A DNA stretch of 64,000 nt from Azolla caroliniana (taxonomy: Eukaryota; Plantae; Polypodiophyta): contig JBHGNT010000011.1 of the NCBI GenBank assembly GCA_043228905.1, forward strand, positions 17,298,001 to 17,362,000, read 5' to 3'. The notes below the pieces were generated by a model. That model did no database searches. It was not told the DNA's origin and saw only the letters and a program-made list of their open reading frames with translations. Below are positions 23,805-35,000 of this stretch, piece by piece (position 1 is the first letter of the stretch; every line of letters begins with the position of its first letter). Position numbers and translations under genes: made by a program.

Positions 23805-24620
23805 GGGTGTGTGAGTGTGAGGCCAGCAGCTCAGTTGGTAAGGTTGCCCAATGAAGACCAGGTGGTCATGGGTTCAACCCCTACATTCCACAGTGGCATC
23901 TAGTGGAATTGAGATGAAGTATATAATAGAGAGGTGAGGAAATTAGGTTTCGAACCCAAGACACAGTCACAGTGTTTGTAGTGTTATCGACTTACCACTA
24001 GGGTAAGCTAATTACGATAAAAAGAGAAAGAGAGAGAGTATGTGTGTGTGTGTGTGTGTGTGTAACTCATATAATTGTGTGTGCTTTTACCGAGAGAGAG
24101 AGTGTAAATCATACGGGGACAAAGTTCTCATACAACATAATTGTGAAAATTGCCAAATCAACTTTCCTCTTATCCTACATATTTGTTGATATACTCCAGA
24201 AAGCCCATCAAATAATAAACCATTCCACAAGTTCCAAATATACCACATGCCCAAGTACCTCAAATAATCAAACACAAACTTATACTCTGGGGATGTTAAA
24301 ACTCTATCACCTTCAATGAAAACCTTAGAAGGTTGCCCTTTGCCACATCACTACTTTTGAAGTAGTTTTGATAGCAAGGTTTTTTTTGTATTGTCATGAT
24401 TGTTTTAATATAAACACACATTTACGAAAAAGAAAAGAAGAGAGAGAGAGTGTGTGTGTTTTTTACACACTATTGGGGTGTTCGTCTTGCCTATTGGCAA
24501 TTCAACATGTTTCACTACCCATGTAGTGTAGTTAGTGAGTGACCATACTCCATTGTCACACCCATTGTAAGCAGTGTTTTTTTACACACATTTATTAATA
24601 TAATTGTGTGTTTTCACCAA

Positions 24621-24665
<45 letters not shown>

Positions 24666-24674
24666 TGCCCAGAT

Positions 24675-24749
24675 GGATGTAGCTCAGTTGGTAAGGTTGC
24701 CCAATGGGGAGACTAGGACCAGGGTCATGGGTTCAACCCTTACATTCCA
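24675..24749 (+). ncRNA. tRNA-derived (Ala-like ends) Pol III head, SINE-like or pseudo-tRNA; paralog at about 23821-23890
   Basis: A box TAGCTCAGTTGG, B box GGTTCAACCC, ends GGATGTA...TACATTCCA. The anticodon arm is not canonical. Confidence 0.55.
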
Positions 24750-24803
24750 CAGTGGCATCTAGTGAATTAAAAGAGATATGTATGAAATATATATAATAAA
24801 GAG

Positions 24804-24873
24804 GTGAGGTAACTGGGTTTCGAACCCAAGACACAGTGCTTGTAGTGTAACAACTTACCACTGGGGTAAGGTA
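24804..24873 (-). ncRNA. Second tRNA-like Pol III head on the opposite strand; paralog at about 23931-24005
   Basis: The reverse complement reads TACCCCAGTGGTAAG (A-box-like) ... CTTGGGTTCGAAACCCAG (T-arm/B box with TGGG/CCCA stem). Confidence 0.5.
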
Positions 24874-24939
24874 CTTACGAAAAAGAGAGACACAGAGAGA
24901 TGGATGCGTGCGTGCGTGTGTGTGTGTGTGCGTGTGTGT

Positions 24940-25226
24940 GTGTGTCCGAGAGGCCATGGCATGCCAAGCCAAAAAGACATAGACATATGTGTGTGTGTGT
25001 GAGAGAGAGAGAGATGCCATGCCATTATTTACCACAAAACGGAGAATCATGTGTATATGTGTCTGAGATTGTGCGTGTGTCCGAGAGGCCATGGCATGCC
25101 AAGCCAAAAAGACATAGACAAATATGTGTGTGTGTGAGAGAGAGATGCCATGCCATTATCTACCACAAAATGGAGAATCATGCGTATATGTGTCTGAGAT
25201 TGTGTGTGTGTGTGAGAGGCCATGCC
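24940..25226. repeat. About 135-bp tandem repeat (two copies plus a partial) with embedded GT/GA microsatellites, upstream of the ABCG gene
   Basis: gtgtccgagaggccatggcatgccaagccaaaaagacatagaca...gatgccatgccattat.taccacaaaa.ggagaatcatg occurs twice. Confidence 0.85.
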
Positions 25227-26013
25227 AGCACCACAATCTGCAGTGCTTGGATTGGGGGGGGGGGGGGGGGGGGATATGGAGACCAGTCTTGAAGGTTGAA
25301 TGGGTCAAAGAAAAGATGAGGCAGGGCTATTTTGTTAAAGGGGCGAGACAGACAGACAGACAGACAGAAGCAATGGAAAAAAAGAGCAGGCAGGGGAGGC
25401 GGTTTGGCTCAGTCAACTCTCCTTACTTAAATGGCCCTCCACATCTCACAAAAGCAACAAATCCTTGTATTTGTTTTTACCAAAGTTCCGTCCTTCCTTC
25501 CTTCCTTCCTTCTTCTTCTTCTTCTTGTCGATTTTCATTTTTTTAGATAAGACACAGAAATATTGCTCTGTTTCTCCATCTCTTCACCCATTTCTTGTTT
25601 CCTTCTTTGCTCTCTGTATCAAATTATTCATTAACCATACACACCATGCATGTATGTATGTATGTATGTAGTCTATTCAATATTGTGCCTAGTTTGTAAA
25701 CCCTTCCGAAATTTTGTAAGCTTTTGATCATCTCTCTGTCCCTGTCTGAATGTTACGGTTTTGAAACAGAGCTTTTGCCTTTAGTTTCGCCCATTGATTT
25801 CTCTCCTTTTTCATGCGATTTTCTCAGAGAGGGAAGAGAAAAACAAAGAAGGTTATTGAAATTTCCTGAAGAGATAGAGAGAAAGGGGTTAATTGAATCA
25901 AGCTTAACTCGGCTTTTATCCCAGTCAGTGATTCTCAACACAAATTCGTGGATCTTTGAGAGATAGATAGATAGATAGAAAGAGGGAGTTCATAGTTCTA
26001 TCTATTCATCATC

Positions 26014-29000
26014 ATGATGGACGGGTTTGGCCGGAAGAGTTATCGAAAACTTGGTAAAGATAAGGAAGGAGGAGAAGGGCAAAAGAAGTCAGCTTCAGTT
26101 CAGCTCGGAAATTCTGCATCTGAACGAACTGGCGGCATATCAGTTGGGGGAGCTGAATCTGCACTCACCCGAAGAACACCCCAGTTTGTATCTGCAAGTG
26201 TACGTGCTGGATTAGGCTTAGATCGAGTGGATGAAACAGGGTCATTCGCCTTGGGTAGAGGCCAAGGCCAAGGCCAAGGCCAAAGCCTCAGTTATGGTCA
26301 TGGTCATGGTTACAGTCATGGACAAAATCAAGGTGGCGATGATGAGATGATGGAGGCAGCATCATTGCTGAATGTAGGGTTGAAAGAATGGCGCGAACGG
26401 TCCATAAGCATTGCCATGCAGAGGTCGCGAACAGTTGCAAATTCAGGCCCTGGCGCTGGATTGATGCGGAACCCCACACTTACAAGCCGGAGCCGAGCGG
26501 CCGATAAACTTCGTCAGGCAGTCATAGATGCCACGTCTTCAGTCAAGAATCGGACGCAACTTGTTCTAGGTCAAAACGGTCCCGATCAAGTTGGATCTGT
26601 GCCTACTACTCCGTCCGTCATAGATTTGTCTCCAAAATACTATTCCAACCTTGCACGTGCCCCCCATGCTTCTCTTATCCATGTTGTTATACTTTATCAC
26701 CAAATCTTGTGTCGGAATGGCCTCACAAAAGAAGCCGATCAGATTGCTTCTCTCCTTGAAGGCCTACAAGATGCTGATAATGCTGATGCTGCTGCAGTGG
26801 CAGCTGAACTTCAAGGTATTGATTTGCTTCTCAAAGATGGCCTTCTCAAACTGTACCTGCGCATTCAACCCTACCTTCCTCCTGTCAATAGCCAGGTTTG
26901 CTTTTTCTTTGTCTTTTTTATGACTTTTCTTTGGTTCATCTTCCATTTTTTGCTTGTTTGTTTTGGATGCGGAAGTGTCATTGTGATCAAATTAATTTTC
27001 ATAAGGAAATGGTTCCTTTTGCTTTTCTCACCTAAGATCGAATTAGGTTTCATTCCTTTCCTACTCAAGTCACAGCACCCAAGATATGAAAATTATCAAC
27101 ATTTCCAATTCACAGACCATCTAAGATATGCAATAATTACAACAGCTTTGGAACACAAAATGTCCGGGGGCAAGTTGGTCATTAATGGAATTTGACAAGA
27201 ATAATAAAGAAACTTAAGCTGGAGTTCCATATTATAGAAATCATTAGGCAATTCGTATTAGATAACTGTTTTTTCTGTATCACAAAAGGAAAGAATGAAA
27301 TATTAATGACTTTTAAGAGGTCAAAATGGCCTATGAGACACAATGGGAGATTACACGTGAAAATGTTTTTTTGTCTTTGAGAACAACAAACCAAAATAAA
27401 TATTAACAAATTTGTCGAACTGCATAAGTTATCAGAGAACCTCTCCAGCTAAGCGCTTAAGAAAAAGGCATAGATATAGCACATTGATGTACTCGAAATT
27501 GATTGAAGCATCTCAACCTGTTCTACATCAATAATAATGGCATTTCATGCATCTACACTCCCTTAACAAACACAAGGATTATCCATCACCTTGAGAATGA
27601 CCTAGTTGGTTTGAACCTGGTCTAAAATATCATCACTTCCTCAATTTAGTCCTTGTGTAGTAAGTATAGATGTTTGTAATTCTATAGCATTCAGTGTCTA
27701 TTTTGACACTAAATTAAGCTTTTGATAACTTCTATTTTGCAAACTTTGCTAGATATATGTTCTCCTACATATTTAAAATGACTAGGTATAGCACCTGGGC
27801 TGTTTCCATTCATTTCATTCTCTAAATTATCTTAAGAAATGATCATGGCCAAAACATCAAATTGATTGTGAAAAGACTCAAGAGATTTTATTTTTCAAGG
27901 CACTTTTAAGCCTTTCAAGTATCTGAAGCACATCCAACCTGCAGGAATCTTGAATACCTGACATACTTTAATATGTTGCACCAAGAGAAAATATTGTTCA
28001 TAAGGTCATACTTTTGGAAGCGGAGCATTGTTAGAAGAATATGGGATCTTTTGTAGTCTCTCTGTAGGTTGTACATCCCAATATATGTGTTCGGAATATT
28101 CTCATACATCCGAGAGTCTAATGAAGATGAAATTACGGCCCTTGAAAATTTTATGATGATGATGATCCATGGATTTGATGCTGCAATAGTAGATTTTAAT
28201 TTGAACTAATAGATGAACATATTTTTAGGTAAAAGGAAATGCTCTTGAATAGAACAAATCAAGCTACCATTATTCCACTGTCTTTTCCTTTTCTACTAAT
28301 TGTGCTAGTCTTTTTGAGATTACAGATTGTGAAGTTCAAGTCTTTGACATACTCAGCAAATGTTTTTGTATCAGATGATGCCTATGAAACCATATTAACT
28401 AAAGTAAGTAATGCTACTTAATGTATGAGTATTTTTAAAGCTTGTGATTATTCCTCTTTCACTTCACTAGTGGAGATTTTGTAATATCAGACTTGAACAA
28501 AGACTATTTATTTGCAGTTATTTCACTGTTTAGGGGGGCCTTTCGGGAGAAGGAAAGCACCTCAAAGGATGAAGGTTTTGAAGGATATATCCGGTTATCT
28601 AATGCCTGGGACATTGACCTTGGTTTTAGGTGAGTTACAATATTTCTATATGATCATAAATACGAGTGAAGTGTGTACATGGCATATCCAGCAAGCTGTA
28701 CACCAATATCATATACTAGAATGGGTTTACATGATTTCCTTACAACCAAGAAAATTTGCGTTCTAGTGAAAATGGTCCTCTGAACCTCAAGTTCGTGTAC
28801 TATTTAATTTAGGAAGCTACAATCCTAATGAAGGAAGTATCTATTGAAATGTATCTATTAAGAAGGATTCAATAGCTTTGACTCTGGAACAACATCATAT
28901 GGAGCAACAGTTGGAAAACTCCATGCCAAATGTTTTCTAATATCTAATCTTGTAATGAAAATGGAGGCTTGAAATATGATGACCTAAGTGGTGGCTTTAG

Positions 29001-32000
29001 TTGAAAACGTTTATAGATTGAGGGGACAGTTATAGGAGGCGTGCTTCAAAACTATTAGGTGGAATAAAGTTCTTCATTGGATATAGGCTTCTATTTTAGT
29101 TATGTGTATATGGGGTGCGTATATTCCAAAATTTTCAAATGAATGTCATTCCTAAAACTGCATTTTGTTGTGTTTGCAGGTCCACCAGAGTGTGGAAAAA
29201 GTAGTCTCCACCATGTTCTTTCTGGAAAATTACATGCTGGAGGATCTTATGAAGGCATGATTACATACAACGATGTTCACATGCGCGATACCTCTGTCCA
29301 TCGCTTGGCAGCAATGGTGGACAATATAAATGTCCACTTCCCTCTCCTCACAGTGAGGGAAACACTTGAGTTTGCAAGAGAATGTCTTGTAACCTTCAAA
29401 CCGAAGGATTATGGACCTGAATTACAAGAGATACTGGGAGGAGTATTGAAGACAGGACAAGACCCCGAGGTTGAATTAACTTTGAGCATGATGGGTTTGA
29501 AGCAAGTTGCAAATCGCATTGCCGGCAATGCAGTAATCCCTAGCATTTCGGATGATGAAAGGCACAGGCTAACTGCAGCTGAGATGTTCTCAGGTTCACA
29601 TGCTGTATACTTCTTTGATGAGCTCAACACTGTTGGAGAGGACTTGATCACTTATGATCTTCTCACTTCTATCAGAATTTTAACACGTGTTCGGCAGATA
29701 ACTTTCATGGCTTCACTTTCGCAGCCATCCTCTGAAGTTTATGATTTGTTTGATCGATTAATTCTCCTCAACCAGGGACGCATAGTTTACCAAGGTCCTT
29801 GCCGAGATGCTTTGCCTTATTTTGAAGGCCTTGGGTGAGTTACAATATTACTTAAAACAGAAGCATAATGCTCACTTGTAGATGAAGTTTTGTTGGTGGA
29901 GTGAGAACCTTTGCACATCTCTTAAATGTCATCCAATGTGGACTATGAGATTAGATTGGGTCATTTGATTGACTTGGAACTCTCTTGAACTGGATGAATT
30001 CCAGAGGCTAATTGAGTGAATTCTTAAAGTTTGATGCAATAAATCCCATGTTATCTAGTGGTATTGTGATTAGCATGTTCTTTTTGAAAGAGGCTACTTG
30101 AGGATTATCAATTTTTGTTTTTTGTGATTAAATTTTTTTTATGGCTCGGTCATTCAATGTATATCTTACTGAGATTCTTTAGTTGATTGCACTGGCAGAT
30201 ACAAAAAACCAAGGCATTTAAGTATTGGTGAGTTCTTGCAAGAAGTTACGACAGAAGATGGGGCTGTATATTTACAGCCAGGTTTTAGAAAGCTGAATTT
30301 GGATGAATTTATACTGCTCTATAAAAATTCGGACATGCACCAGGATATTTGCCGAGTTATTGATAGTCAAGGACTACTTCAACAACTGTGGGTACAAGTA
30401 TGTACAAGGCATTCATTCTATATTGGTTCTTTCTTCATTTAGTTAATGATGTGTTGAGGAAGTGGATTGAGTGTTATGTATGCCTTTTTTGGGGGTGGAA
30501 GGGAGGTAGAGAGGGACAAAATAAGTAAATCCCGACTTTTCTATAAATAAGCCTATTTGCGACAAGGGCTAAGATGGATCAGGAGTGCCTATAGGTGGGT
30601 AGGGCATTGTCTGCTAGCAGTAAGTTCAGGATGGAATACTGATACAATGGAGAGGTTTTGGTTATTCATGATCTTCCAATTCTATAAAAAATGTAAGTCA
30701 TAGGTCTCATTGTTCTGAATGTTGTTTTTGGATGTTTACTTGTACCATTCTGTATTCAACAACATCAAACACCACTCCGTTTCAGTGCAAAACTGGAACA
30801 TTGGAAAAGAAACAAGTAGGAAAATGAAAATTGGAAATTGTGAATTTGTCATGGAATCATATATGATAACATTTGTGGTATAGAGAATTTGAGAGGGGAA
30901 AAATCACAAAGTAAAGATCTTGAATGTAGTTTCTATGAAACATTCGTTCAACTTCTACACAAGGTATGTGTGCACTCATTTATTGGAAGCTGGAAATACT
31001 ATGTCTTCAGGGAGAGCAACCACTAGGTGTGGATTTTGTTGAAATTGGTCGCAAGAATGATAGTGGACAGCAATCAAGTTCATATCTCTTATCAAGGTCA
31101 GCTGATAAAGATGGAAGTTTAGTAAATCCTTCCATGGAGCATACTACTACTCCACAAGCTGAGGACAGAGTAATTGCTTATGGTGGCGCAGAGGGGATGC
31201 TTCAATACATTGCTCTTCCTGATTCATCAACACCATTAAAAGAAAACTTATCAAATGCTGTTGCCAATGTTTCCGAACCAGTTCGCTTACAGCTAGAGAG
31301 ACGGTTCACGAAAGTAAGAAACTATTATTGAATTAAATTCGCTCACTGTTATAGTGCTGAAATTGTTTTGCTTTTCATACCTGATGCTTGACAAAAACAA
31401 TATCGTGACATGTCTTTACTTCTTGTACAGCCAAATGCAGATTTCATGAATAAGCATGGAGATTATGTTCTTGGATTGAAATCAGAAACTTTTCTTCTGA
31501 TGAAGCGTGAATTCAATGTCACATGGAGAAACAAATTCGGTCTATATATTAGACTTTCGCAAGTATGTGTATTTTTCTCCTATCATCAGCGTCCTCAAAT
31601 TCACTGAATGGGTGGTAGATAAGGCATTAGCATGGTTTATAGTGTCTATAAAAAGATTATATAATTTTTCTCTCCTGGAAAATAGTAATGCCTTTTTTTT
31701 TACTTCCTTGTTTATTTTAGATTTATATACTAAATGTTTCCTCTTTATTGTTTTGGAAATATGCAGGTAATGATCCTTGCTCTCTTTCTTGGGTTTTTAC
31801 TGTTTAGGGTGAAGCATGATGCTGACCAGCGGAACATGAATCTCTACCGGACTGCCTTCTTTCTTTCTGTCTTGAATATGACCTTATTCAATTTGGGCCA
31901 TCTTCCTGCACTTATGGATGAAAGAAACATATATTACAAGCAACGAGGAGCTCGCTTCTACCGTCCCACATCGTATCTTCTTGGAAAGATTGCTGGGAGT

Positions 32001-35000
32001 TCTTTATTTTCTATCTGTGAGGTGACAGCTTTTACATTAGCTTTTTGCATTTTTTGTGCAAGCATATTTTTACAAGAGCCATATCTGGGGAAGTGAAAGA
32101 GGCATTGATTTGCATTAATTTGTGGATTGATATCTCTTTTCAAAATGAATATGCAAAATTGATAAGTTTAGTGAGGACCATCAAGGTTCTATATTGTGAT
32201 CTGTGTTGAAACATCTTAGCTAAGGGCCTCAGTGCATCTAAAAGAAGTCAGTATTGTATTCTATATCATCCTCCAGTATTCTCTACTACAATGTGCCTAT
32301 TCTAAGGTAACATTTGGGTTATTACTTTTTGCTAACAGAATCATAATAAAGATTAAGATGGAGAGTTTCATCTGGTGTCATTATTCATTTCCTTAATTTG
32401 TCTTTTTGATTATTGTAATAATAGTTTAGGTCTCATAGGTCAGTAGGACTTCTTAGAGACATTAGTTTTCCTTCTTAACTCAGTGTTAAGACACTGCCAT
32501 CTTATGAGTGGGTACTTATGGTGCGGGGTTGTACAATTTTGGGCATGCTCAATGCGTTGGTTTCCAATGCATTTTGGCCTCTTAAAAGACGTTAATATAT
32601 TTCTTTCTTTCTTTCTTTCTTTCTATCCATAGCTAAGTTTTGAGGTACATTTAACTTATTTTATTGCTTGTTTGCTTATTCCTGACAGGGCACAATCTGG
32701 ACTTTTCTAGTTTACTTTCTAACTGGCATGAGTCTTGGAAATGGAGGACGCCACTTCTTTATATACTATGTGATTGTTATTCTGACTGTCTTAAATGGTG
32801 CATCAATGATACGGTTCTTGAGTTTTGCCTTTCCAGATAAAGATAAGGCTGGCTTAGTCATAGGTTAGTGGGATTGATATAAATTTTTCCCCTTCTTTTA
32901 GTTGAGATTATGTAAATGTAAGGATATACTGAAAGTTTCTCTTTCATTTCAGGTGTCTTTGTGACTCTCTTTATTTTATTTAATGGGTTTCTTCTGCCTC
33001 GTTATCAAGTTCCGAGCTACTGGATTTGGGTTTATTACTTAAACCCATTGCAGTGGGCTGTTACTGCACTGGTGGTTAATGAATTTACCTCTCCTGACTA
33101 CGGCCTACCATGTCAAAATGTTTCCAATAAAACATTTATCCCTCAATGTCTGAGGTTTCCAAATGAATCCATTGGCCATGCATGGCTGCTGAATGCTCAG
33201 ATACGCACAGACACTAGGTGGATTGGCCTTTCTGTTATTGTATTGTTTGCGTGGTTAGTGGTTTGGAACATTCTTGCATATTTTTCTATTAGCAAGATCC
33301 AGCATGCCAAGATATTAAAAACGCTCAAAACTTTTCACACTGAGGCAACTACACTCACCTTGTCCCTTGTTTGTAAAGAAAAAGGTTATCAAGGTTTGAT
33401 GTCTAATTGTTGTTGTGTCACTTTCATTACTATTTTTCAGAAAGAAAGTAGCAAGCACTCAGCAAAAGAAGAAGATGTCGAGAATGGAGTGATGCAGCTG
33501 TTTCTTATGCCCATTCCTGTCACTCTATCATGGCATGAATTAAGTTACGATGTGATATTACCTGTCATTAAAAGACCACGCACAATTCTTAACTGTGTTT
33601 CTGGATGGGGTGAACCAAATGATATGGTAGCCATCATCGGAGGCCAAGCAGCTGGAAAAACAACACTACTTAATTGTTTGGCAGGTATAATTTATAGAAA
33701 TCTACCTGATGATGAAATATGTTGAATCAGTACCAATGAAACAAACCAGTGAGCTATATCATATGTTTTGCCTGAAATGTGTGACTGAGCTAGGAGGAGA
33801 GGGCTTTTATTTCTTCCTAGTATGATGCGTGAGTTAATCTTCAAGGCTAGAAGTACAAAATACATGCTAGTAGCATCGTAGAAAAGTTGAAAGTGCATTT
33901 TCCATGAGTGTTTGTAAGTAGGAAGTATTTTATTTTAAACAGATGCTAGGGTAGGCCTCATGCTGGACTTTGTTGCTTCAAAATGCCATAGATCATTGCC
34001 CTTGTTCATGTTGTCTGGCTAATATCTTTCTTGTTGCCACAATACTTGTAAGAATACTTTGAAGGTATATTAAAATACCTTATTGCTTGTTTGAGATATC
34101 ATGCATCCTGAATCTTGTTGCATGTTTCACGTATCATACTTTGACTGTTGTTCTAGCTGCAAATATCTTGAACTTTTTTTGTTGCTGGCACAACACATTA
34201 GAATACTGGAATTTGACTTTTCTCACTGTTGACTACTGAAATGTGGCAAATGCAAGCTAAAAATCTTGGCTCTCTAGCTTCTAACAATTTGTGTTCATGT
34301 CTGCAGGACGCAAAGTGTTAACTGAAAGGATAGGGGGCCAAATATTAATAAATGGTGTTCCAAAGTCACAGTCAACTTTTGGCCGTATCATGGGATATGT
34401 TGATAAGATAGAGGCATATACGCCTTATATGACTGTGAAAGAGACGGTAGCCTACAGTGCAGCCATGCGGCTTGGGAAATCTTGTTATAAACAAAGAAGA
34501 GATCAATATGTTGAAGAGGTAATTGTGAGCATATATTGTGAGTTCCACGTTGTTGTTTCTTTTTTGTATCTTACCACTCTGTTTTGAATGCCATAAAATG
34601 ACATGCTTCACGTTTATCTTTTTGCTCATCAAACTGTTTCAGAAGTTTTAATTTGCCTTTGCTGTTCTTTATATATTGTAAAATGGTGAGGAAACTTTGA
34701 TGAGGTTTTCACATTTTGGTCCTTCCAGGATTTTATGTGATATTGCCATGGTTGAATGTCTGTCTTGTCAAGAGAGCATTAGATGTGTAATCTTTTCTCT
34801 ATTTTTACAAATGGTAGTAGTCTTTCTATCTGATGGTAATGCAGCTTTTACATATGATTCTGATTGTTGAATATTTTACTGGTCCTTCTCTTGTTAGGTT
34901 TATGTATATTATATTATTCACACATAATTGAGAATTACCTCAACAAATAGTCAATGTGGTTAAAATGCACAAAATACAGGTTTATCCATTGGTATCAGTA

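Larger units (their letters stand above)
23597..24945. repeat. Diverged direct duplication (about 23597-24065 and 24474-24945) containing GA/GT microsatellites and a convergent pair of tRNA-like heads
   Basis: ttgcctattgg...gtagtgtagttagtg...gaccatactc...(GA)n...agctcagttggtaaggttgcccaatg...tttcgaacccaagacacag...cttaccact is present twice. Confidence 0.85.

Noticed and set aside
23821-24873. Functional tRNA genes
   Set aside because: The anticodon arms do not fold canonically and the duplicates differ by indels; treated as tRNA-derived elements.
24733-25546. ORFs of 124-140 aa upstream of the ABCG
   Set aside because: Translations of GT/GA microsatellites and a tandem repeat.
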